DNA of 28,417 nucleotides from Myxococcota bacterium (GTDB lineage Bacteria; Myxococcota; UBA4151), in the NCBI GenBank assembly GCA_036338695.1, contig JAYZBQ010000007.1, positions 1-28,417 of the forward strand, read 5' to 3'. The notes under the pieces are model-generated. The model did not search any database and had not been told where the DNA came from. It saw nothing but the letters and a program-made list of their open reading frames with translations. Below are positions 1-6,725 of this stretch, one piece after another (within the stretch, counting starts at the first letter, position 1; every line of letters starts with the position of its first letter). The translations under genes were made by a program, and so were the position numbers.

Positions 1-414
1 GATGCCTTGGGTGCCGATGTAGATCCACGAGCCTGCTGTCATCTGCCCGTACATCATGAGCCCCTTGGCATCGAGCTCATCAAAGTGCTCCCAGGTCGCC
101 CATTGCCCCACCAGGTTGCTGTTGGCGAGCAGCACCCGAGGCGCGTCCAAATGGCTCCGGAAGACGGCGACAGGCTTACCGCTTTGCACCAGCAGGGTCT
201 CATCCTCTTCTAGGTTGATCAGCGAGCGCTCGATCGCCTCGAGCGCCTCCCAGCTGCGCGCCGCTCGCCCGCGCCCGCCGTAGACCACTAGGTCTTCTGG
301 ACGCTCGGCGTTCTCGGGGTCGAGGTTGTTGCGGAGCATACGAAGGGCTGCCTCCGCTTGCCAGGTCTTACATTCTCGTTCTGCGCCTCGGCGCGCTTTG
401 ATGGTCCGTTTCAT
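1..414 (-). CDS. hutU: Urocanate hydratase, 5' portion (runs off the left edge of the window)
   Basis: Not in the ORF track. Manual minus-strand translation from ATG at 414: [10 protein letters not shown]...[41 protein letters not shown]...[14 protein letters not shown]...[21 protein letters not shown]...[21 protein letters not shown], the hallmark urocanase N-terminus. GAGGAG RBS upstream. Confidence 0.97.
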   Translation of the reverse strand, partial: MKRTIKARRGAERECKTWQAEAALRMLRNNLDPENAERPEDLVVYGGRGRAARSWEALEAIERSLINLEEDETLLVQSGKPVAVFRSHLDAPRVLLANSNLVGQWATWEHFDELDAKGLMMYGQMTAGSWIYIGTQGI

Positions 415-515
415 AAGCCCAGCTCCTCGGGTACGCCCAGCGCACCGCCTTGATAATCTTCCACTACCCAGCGCACTCCCAGAGGGAAAGCCCTGCGTTT
501 CGTGTTGTGGCGATG

Positions 516-542
516 GCAACTCTCGTGTCACACTGCCGATGA
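516..542 (+). promoter_or_regulatory. Putative sigma28 (FliA/WhiG)-type promoter
   Basis: GCAA-N15-GCCGATGA versus consensus TAAA-N15-GCCGATAA, 18 nt before the ATG at 561, with an AGGAG RBS in between. The -35 match is weak. Confidence 0.4.
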
Positions 543-560
543 GTCCTGCAGGAGCTAGCC

Positions 561-1688
561 ATGCCGAATACCCCGATTGGTTCGAACCGCCCTCGCCTGG
601 AGCCCTTCACTCGTCACAACGACGTCGGCGCAGGCGCTGCGACGACGCGCTCGGGTGACGCCGGCACCACCTCTGCAACGGAGCCTCACGCCGATCTATT
701 CCGGCGCGTCGACGCCGAGAGCTTGAACGCTGTCGAGGGGCGCCGAGCCGGCAACGTGAGCAGCCTCAGCGCGGCGCCTGGTCTGCTGAATGGATCGGTG
801 GTTTTGCCTCACTCCGGAAACGATCACCCAGCGGTCGGACAGCTGCAGGGGGCGTTGCAGACGTTGGCGCAACGACAGGGCGACCAAGCTTTGAACGTGC
901 CGCGCACGGGGACGTGGGACGCCGCAACAGCCGAGGCGGTCTCTGCGTTCCAACGCAGCGAGGGGCTCGTCGCAGACGGGGTCGTCGGGCCGCGCACGGC
1001 AGCGGCGCTCGAGAAGGCGCTCAAGCGCGGGCAGCCCAACAACGTTCTTGTGGGGCGAATCGGCGGTCTCCCGACCGCGGCGCCGGCGCTTGATCCGACC
1101 GCAGTCGGCAAGTCCGCTGAGATGTTGATCGAAAAATATGGTGGAAACTACGGCGTGCCAGATGCTTGGTACAATATCGATCCGAACCACGCGCTGCCAG
1201 CGAACGTCCGGCTCGGCGGCATGAGCGGTAAATGGAAGTGCAACCTGTTCGGCGGAAACGCCATGCGCGCCGCCGGGTTTGAGCCGCCGTATTACGGCAA
1301 CCGCGGCAAGGGCGAGTATCCGAACGCAAACCAGTTCTACAAATGGAGCGACAAGTACGCCGCCGAGTTTGGCAACAAGGTGCACTTTGAGATGGTCAGC
1401 GAGCTGGATGTGGAGGGGCTCGACCCAGAAGCACGAAAAGACAAGATCATCGAGTTTATGAAGACCATCCAGCCCGGTGATTTGGTGATGTCGGATCACC
1501 GGGGCGATATGATCGCTGATGGGGGGCACACGCGTGTGGCGGTGAGCGCGTTTGACCCCGAGACCATGAGCTTTCAAGCCGCGCAGGCGTCCAGCGATGC
1601 AGGGCGCATCAAAGACACAACCTACGGCGCATTTAGCGGCGAAGAGACGATCTGGGTCTTGCGCCCGAACCGACCTGCGGAAGATTAG
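561..1688 (+). CDS. Peptidoglycan-binding domain protein with C-terminal papain-like (CHAP/NlpC-P60-like) Cys-His domain
   Basis: PG_binding_1 pattern (AVGQLQGAL...[35 protein letters not shown]). The C-terminal domain has KCNLF, QPGDLV and GGHTRV. No signal peptide. AGGAG RBS. Confidence 0.75.
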   Translation: MPNTPIGSNRPRLEPFTRHNDVGAGAATTRSGDAGTTSATEPHADLFRRVDAESLNAVEGRRAGNVSSLSAAPGLLNGSVVLPHSGNDHPAVGQLQGALQTLAQRQGDQALNVPRTGTWDAATAEAVSAFQRSEGLVADGVVGPRTAAALEKALKRGQPNNVLVGRIGGLPTAAPALDPTAVGKSAEMLIEKYGGNYGVPDAWYNIDPNHALPANVRLGGMSGKWKCNLFGGNAMRAAGFEPPYYGNRGKGEYPNANQFYKWSDKYAAEFGNKVHFEMVSELDVEGLDPEARKDKIIEFMKTIQPGDLVMSDHRGDMIADGGHTRVAVSAFDPETMSFQAAQASSDAGRIKDTTYGAFSGEETIWVLRPNRPAED

Positions 1689-1703
1689 CGCCCGGGGTTT
1701 TAT

Positions 1704-3248
1704 ATGCTGACTGCGCTCTTCGCTGTGGCTTTGCTTGACGCACACGGCGTCCCACTTCGGGGGGAGGCGCTGGTGGACGGCGCCTGGTGCGCCGCTCAAG
1801 CATGCCCTCTCGAGCCGGGGCGTCACGTCCTCCAAAATGGGCACACTCGCCACGCCTTTTATCTAGCGCCGGGGCAAGCCGCGGCGCGAGTGATCGCCTC
1901 GGATGTACCGGCACATTACGGCGTCTGGATGAGGCGGCATCGGGAGCTGCCCGACCGGGTTGAGCTCCCCGATGTCACGCCGGGTGTTCGCGCCCTCAGC
2001 GGCTACACGCTCACCGGGGCGCTGCCTGAGTCGGTGCGGGTGGCGCGTCACGCCGACAACAACTGCGGTAACCCGATCGAGCGCATCGATGAGGTGCCGC
2101 TCGAGAGTTACGTCGCCGGGGTGGTGCACGGCGAGATCGGCGTCTTTCGCGCCGCCGGCACGGGCGCCGGCGTTAGCATCCCGCGCGCCGAGGTCGATGG
2201 GCGGGTGCTCGCCTCGTTTGAGACCTTCGCGATCGCTGCGCGCACGTACGTGGTGTGGTGGGTCCTTCGCAAAGGCGCTGATGCCGATTTCCACATTCAT
2301 GACGGCCCCTGCAACCAAGTCTATCAAGACGCTCGTGATCCCGTCTCTGAGGAGGCTGCGGCGCGCACCGCCGGGCAGATTCTGGTTCCGCCCAACGCGC
2401 GGGATGAGATCGACAAGCACGAGTATGCGAGCAGCTGTGCTCGCCACGGCACCTTGCCGAGCTTTCGAAACCCTCATCAGGTTCGCATGGAGGACATCGT
2501 ACCCGACGATGGGCTCGAGCGCGTCTGCGTCGGCAGCTGGTGCGGTCACGATCGGTACCGAATGGCGCACCAAGATAACCCCTTTCTCGAGGCGGGGAAC
2601 CGCTGCCTTGTGCGCGGGGTGTGCCAGTGGGGTTCGCTCGAGCGGTCCGTGCGCGGGGACTCGAGCGCCGAGATCCTGGCTCATTATCAACCCGATCTCA
2701 TGGTCTACAGCCCGAGTGACCAAGAGGCGCTCGGTCGCCTCGAGCTTGAGGTCGTCGACGGGGAGGGCACCGGCCTAGCGGGCGTGCGCGTCGAGCTGCG
2801 CCGTGAGGACGATCAGCTCATCGAGTTTACCGCAGCGGGCGGTATGGCTCGATTTTCCGATTTGGCGCCCGGGGTCTGGCGCGTCAGCGCCTGGGCCGAA
2901 GGGTTCGCCCCGGAGAACGTCGAGCTGCGGGTGACCCCTTCCGAGGTCACGCGCCATCGGTTGCGTCTTGCGGCGCCGCCTTCGGGCTCGGACGCCGGCT
3001 CACCCCTTGCCGACAGTGGCTCGGCGCAGGTCGACGCGCGCGCCGTGGACGCGTCGGTTCCTGGCTTGGTCAGCGACGCCGGTGATCTCGTCGTGGCGGA
3101 CAGCGGGCAGGAGGAGGTCTCGCCCGGTTCAGGGTGTTCTTGCGGCGTCACGAGCCCGCAATCGGGTTTGCCCATCACGCTCCTATTTGCTTTGGTGTGG
3201 TGGCGACGCATCGGAGCGTCCCGGAGGCGGCATGATTCGTTCGTTTGA
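1704..3248 (+). CDS. SpoIID/LytB-family lytic transglycosylase with Ig/carboxypeptidase-regulatory-like domain and MYXO-CTERM-like tail
   Basis: SpoIID motifs VPLESYVAGVVHGE, AIAARTY, NQVY, AAARTAGQIL, GVCQWG and EILAHY. A beta-sandwich segment follows (VVDGEGTGLAGVRV...FSDLAPGVWRVSAWAEGF), then a DAG/S-rich linker and GCSC + hydrophobic helix + RR. Confidence 0.8.
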   Translation: MLTALFAVALLDAHGVPLRGEALVDGAWCAAQACPLEPGRHVLQNGHTRHAFYLAPGQAAARVIASDVPAHYGVWMRRHRELPDRVELPDVTPGVRALSGYTLTGALPESVRVARHADNNCGNPIERIDEVPLESYVAGVVHGEIGVFRAAGTGAGVSIPRAEVDGRVLASFETFAIAARTYVVWWVLRKGADADFHIHDGPCNQVYQDARDPVSEEAAARTAGQILVPPNARDEIDKHEYASSCARHGTLPSFRNPHQVRMEDIVPDDGLERVCVGSWCGHDRYRMAHQDNPFLEAGNRCLVRGVCQWGSLERSVRGDSSAEILAHYQPDLMVYSPSDQEALGRLELEVVDGEGTGLAGVRVELRREDDQLIEFTAAGGMARFSDLAPGVWRVSAWAEGFAPENVELRVTPSEVTRHRLRLAAPPSGSDAGSPLADSGSAQVDARAVDASVPGLVSDAGDLVVADSGQEEVSPGSGCSCGVTSPQSGLPITLLFALVWWRRIGASRRRHDSFV

Positions 3249-3774
3249 GGGGCACGTCCCCCAGCTAGGAGAGGGCGTTTACGTCGATCGTCAGGCGAGC
3301 GTGATCGGGAGGGTTCGGCTCGGAAAAGGATCCTCTGTTTGGCCTTGTGCGGTCCTGCGCGGGGACATCGGAGACATCATCGTCGGCGAGCAGACCAGCA
3401 TCCAAGACAACAGCTGTCTGCACGTCCTGGCTGGCGAGTTTGACTGCATCGTCGGGAGTCGCTGCACCATTGGTCACAACGTCAACCTTCACGGCTGCGT
3501 GATCGAGGATAACTGCGTGATCGGGATCGGCGCGATCGTATTGGACGGCGCGGTGATCGGTGAGGGCTCGGTGATCGCCGCCGGTGCGCTGGTGCCACCC
3601 GGCAAAAATATCCCGCCCGGCTCGATGGTCATGGGGAGCCCAGGCAAGGTCGTGCGTTCACTGCGTGACGACGAGCGCGAGTGGATCCACACTCGCTACG
3701 CCTATTACGCCGACTACACTCGGCGATTCTTGCTCGATCCCGCTAAAGAGGTCGAGCCAGAGCCCCTGCCGTGA
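3232..3774 (+). CDS. Gamma-class carbonic anhydrase family (hexapeptide repeat, YrdA/PaaY-like) protein
   Basis: Start placed at ATG 3232 after GGAGG (MIRSFEGHVPQLGEG). Motifs AVLRGD, IQDNSCLH and TIGHNVNLHGC include the three Zn-ligand His residues. Hexapeptide repeats present. Confidence 0.93.
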   Translation: MIRSFEGHVPQLGEGVYVDRQASVIGRVRLGKGSSVWPCAVLRGDIGDIIVGEQTSIQDNSCLHVLAGEFDCIVGSRCTIGHNVNLHGCVIEDNCVIGIGAIVLDGAVIGEGSVIAAGALVPPGKNIPPGSMVMGSPGKVVRSLRDDEREWIHTRYAYYADYTRRFLLDPAKEVEPEPLP

Positions 3775-5195
3775 CGCCCTGCCTGACGCCCGAACAGCTC
3801 GGAGCAGTCGATGACCTCGCGGCGGCGTGGCGCCTCAGCGAGCGTCTCGAGCCTTTTGCAGGATGCCGCTGGACGGGTGAGGAGGCGCCGACCCTTCACC
3901 TCGACGACGTCAGCGGGATCCCGTTTCTCGACGGCGTCCCGGGGATGGAGGAGTACCAACACCGAGCGCGCGTGCGCTGTAGTGACGGCGACCTTTTCGC
4001 CGCCGTGACCTCGCCGGCGGAAGGGTATGAGCGCTACTGCCGAGATCAGCTCGGTATGGGGTCACCCGAATTCGTCCTCGCTGAGCCGGTCGGCTCGGTC
4101 GTCGAGGTCGCCGAAGCGTGCCGGCGAGGACAGGCCTTTACGGAGCTCAAACAAGCCGCGCAGCGACGCGGCGCCCTGCACGTGCATCCGTACATGGGGA
4201 TCGAGGCGGTCTGGGCGTTGGCGCGGGACCTGGAGCAGCAGGCTAAGGTCCCCGTGCAGGTAATCGCGCCGCCGCCGCCCGTCACGTGGATCGCAAACGA
4301 TAAGGGTCAGCTGACCCAGCTGATCGACGTCGTGATTGGCTCAAGCGCACGCGCAGCGGGGGAGCAAGGCAGAGACTTTAGCCAGCTGGCAGCTGCGCTC
4401 GGGGCGCTCAGTGGGCGCTGTGAGCGCGTGGCGCTCAAGCGCTCGCGCTGCGCCTCGGCGATGGGAAATCGAGTGTTTGCCAGCCACGAACTGCGCGACC
4501 TGTCGCACGACGGCCTGCTGGCTGTGGTCGAGCGCTTTGCGCTGGACACGCAGTGGGATGGGCAAGAGGATCTCCTCGCCTGCGAGTGGCTCGACGCAGC
4601 TGCTTCCCCTTCAACCCAGCTCTGGATCCCGCCGAAGGGGTCAGGCGCCCCGCGTGTCGACGGGATCTATGAACAACTCCTCGAAGGGGAGCAGGGCGTC
4701 TTTCTAGGGAGCCGTCCAAGCACGTTGCCGTCGCCGGTTAATGCGGCGCTCGCCGAGCGATCGCTGACGATCGCCGCTGCCCTGCAGCGCTTAGGCTACG
4801 CCGGGCGATGTTCGTTTGATCTCCTGGTCACCGGCGACCTCGAGGGGGCGTTTGAGGTGGTGTTTAGCGAGTGCAACGGCCGATGGGGGGGGACCAGTAC
4901 GCCGATGGCGCTGGTCGATCGCCTTGTACGCCATCCAAACCCTCCGGGACCTCGAGCGCATTATCGGGCACAGGATGTGCTCTTTGATGCGCTGATCGGG
5001 CGCCCCTTAGATGATGTGATCGAGGCGCTTGGCGACGAGCTGTATCGCCCCGGTCAGGGGGGGCGGTTCATCCTCTACAACGTCGGCCCGCTGGCGCGCA
5101 GCGGTAAGCTCGATGTGGTCGCGCTGGCGCCGACAAACGAAGCTGCTGACGAGGCGATGTTGGCGCGTTTGCCCTCGCTCCTCGGTTTGGGTTAG
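3771..5195 (+). CDS. ATP-grasp amide/peptide ligase, pre-ATP-grasp (Pgm1-like) family
   Basis: HPYMG...W, ANDKGQL, VALKRSRCASAMGN, CEWLD...SPSTQ, GRCSFDLLV and FSECNGRWGG (ATP-grasp ExNxR). GTGA overlap with the upstream gene. Confidence 0.7.
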   Translation: MTPCLTPEQLGAVDDLAAAWRLSERLEPFAGCRWTGEEAPTLHLDDVSGIPFLDGVPGMEEYQHRARVRCSDGDLFAAVTSPAEGYERYCRDQLGMGSPEFVLAEPVGSVVEVAEACRRGQAFTELKQAAQRRGALHVHPYMGIEAVWALARDLEQQAKVPVQVIAPPPPVTWIANDKGQLTQLIDVVIGSSARAAGEQGRDFSQLAAALGALSGRCERVALKRSRCASAMGNRVFASHELRDLSHDGLLAVVERFALDTQWDGQEDLLACEWLDAAASPSTQLWIPPKGSGAPRVDGIYEQLLEGEQGVFLGSRPSTLPSPVNAALAERSLTIAAALQRLGYAGRCSFDLLVTGDLEGAFEVVFSECNGRWGGTSTPMALVDRLVRHPNPPGPRAHYRAQDVLFDALIGRPLDDVIEALGDELYRPGQGGRFILYNVGPLARSGKLDVVALAPTNEAADEAMLARLPSLLGLG

Positions 5196-5260
5196 TTTGG
5201 CGAGACCTAGGGGGATGATGACCGGTCGACCGCACGCTGTGGAAAACCGGAAACTGACCC

Positions 5261-5289
5261 TTGTCGGACGCGATTGAAGTCCCTATAGA
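5261..5289 (+). promoter_or_regulatory. Possible sigma70-type promoter for the HTH-ppx pair
   Basis: TTGTCG-N17-TATAGA in the intergenic gap, about 50 nt before the start codon. Confidence 0.35.
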
Positions 5290-5337
5290 CCCCGAGCCCA
5301 AGCGACCTCTTGGGTTGAGACGTGTGAAAGGCATGTG

Positions 5338-5820
5338 ATGGCAGGATTGGAAGAAGACGAGCTTCTCAGCACCATCGCCGAGATGAAAGAGGCTGGTTAC
5401 AGCTACAAAGAGATCTCAAAGCGAACCGGGATCACGCCGATGGCGGTCCGGTCGCGCTGGCGGCGGATGACCGGTACTCACCTCAAGGGCGCGCGCAGCG
5501 CGTCCGAGGCAGCGAGCAAGCCGGGCGCCCGCCCTCGCCGGCGCACCAAGAAGCCTCAGGTGAAGATCGCGACTCAGGTGGTGGCTGAAGGGACGGACCT
5601 GCCGGATCCGGCGGAGACAGCTCCGATTCCAGAGGTGAACGCCAAAAACGGATGGAAGCGGCTGCCGGGCTCGGCGCGTCACATCGTGGCGCACGTCCCC
5701 AACACGCCCAACCGTCTGAGCGAGATCCGCTATTCGATCTGCAAGGTGCCGCCAGAGGCGCTCGAGCGCATCGCAGCGCACGACGAATACTTCTACTTCG
5801 ACGTCCCCGAGCTCGTGTGA
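5338..5820 (+). CDS. Hypothetical protein with N-terminal helix-turn-helix
   Basis: IAEMKEAGYSYKEISKRTGITPMAVRSRWRR fits an HTH. A basic linker and an unrecognised C-terminal domain follow. Start is ATG 5338 or GTG 5335. Confidence 0.7.
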   Translation: MAGLEEDELLSTIAEMKEAGYSYKEISKRTGITPMAVRSRWRRMTGTHLKGARSASEAASKPGARPRRRTKKPQVKIATQVVAEGTDLPDPAETAPIPEVNAKNGWKRLPGSARHIVAHVPNTPNRLSEIRYSICKVPPEALERIAAHDEYFYFDVPELV

Positions 5821-6725
5821 GCGCAGCTAGACCCTGCGGTCTAGTCGATATCGGCAGCAACTCAGTCGTCCTCTTGATCGCCTCGAGAGTAGGTGACGAC
5901 TGGACCGTTTTGGAGCGCGTCAAGCACAGCGTCCGATTAGGCGCTGCGATCGATCCCTCCGGGCAACTCGCACCAGCCGGTGTCCTCCGGCTCCAAGCCG
6001 CCTTGGCGGACTTACTCTCGCAGGCTCAGGCCTACTCGGCGCCGCTACGCGTCACCGCCACCGCCAGCTTGCGCAACGTAACGAACGGCGCAGCGATTGC
6101 GGCTGAACTCGGCGAACAGCTCGGCTGCTCGATTGAAATTTTGAGCGAGAAGGCGGAGGCGTCGGCTGCGTTTCGCGGCGTCTGGGACGCCGAAGGGCGT
6201 GGGGCTCAGCCGATGGTGGTCGTCGATGTCGGTGGCGGCTCGTCCGAGGTGGGTTGGGGTGCGCGCGGTGTGATGCAGGGGTGGCTCTCGCTGCCGATTG
6301 GAGGGGTTCGCCTCTCGGCGCCGCATCAGCAGGCAGACCCCGTGACGCCCTCCGACGTCAATGCCATGCGCCGAACGCTCGGCGACCAGATCGAGAGCCT
6401 GTCGTTGACGGCGCCCGGCGTGCCGGAAGCCTACGCCTGCTCCGGGAGCATCCGGAGGCTCTGCGCCATGGCAGGCTCCCAGGATGATCGGCTCTCGTGC
6501 GATGACCTGGATCGTGTCATCGATCGCCTCGAGCGCGCCGGTTGGCGCGCCGAGCGACTGGCGCTCCCTGGTGTGGATCCAGGGCGAGTGGATGTCCTGC
6601 TCGGCGCTGCGCTGATCCACCAGGCGCTCGCCCGTCGGTTCGCATGGGGCGGGTTTCGCCTGAGCAGGGGGGGCTTACGCTGGGGCTTACTCAGCGACGG
6701 GTTCAGCCAGCCTCTTTCGCTTTAG
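5817..6725 (+). CDS. Ppx/GppA family phosphatase (short form, no HD domain)
   Basis: VDIGSNSV, VRLG, ATASLR, ILSEKAEA, DVGGGSSE, SLPIG, RVDVL and GGLRWG. Probable GTG start at 5817 overlapping the upstream TGA. Confidence 0.9.
   Translation: MSAARPCGLVDIGSNSVVLLIASRVGDDWTVLERVKHSVRLGAAIDPSGQLAPAGVLRLQAALADLLSQAQAYSAPLRVTATASLRNVTNGAAIAAELGEQLGCSIEILSEKAEASAAFRGVWDAEGRGAQPMVVVDVGGGSSEVGWGARGVMQGWLSLPIGGVRLSAPHQQADPVTPSDVNAMRRTLGDQIESLSLTAPGVPEAYACSGSIRRLCAMAGSQDDRLSCDDLDRVIDRLERAGWRAERLALPGVDPGRVDVLLGAALIHQALARRFAWGGFRLSRGGLRWGLLSDGFSQPLSL

Noticed and set aside
7..658. Plus-strand ORFs 7-213, 56-283 and 326-658
   Set aside because: Antisense to hutU or overlapping the 561 gene; no recognisable protein.
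696..1853. Long antisense ORF (385 aa), and similar ones at 1863-2723, 12988-13887, 21792-22871 and 23927-25159
   Set aside because: Shadow frames opposite well-supported genes, expected from high-GC codon bias; no motifs.
2968..3231. Long N-terminal extensions in the ORF track (gamma-CA from 2968, ppx from 5652, mlaE from 15874, barrel from 19887)
   Set aside because: They overlap upstream genes; internal starts with an RBS or stop/start coupling fit better.
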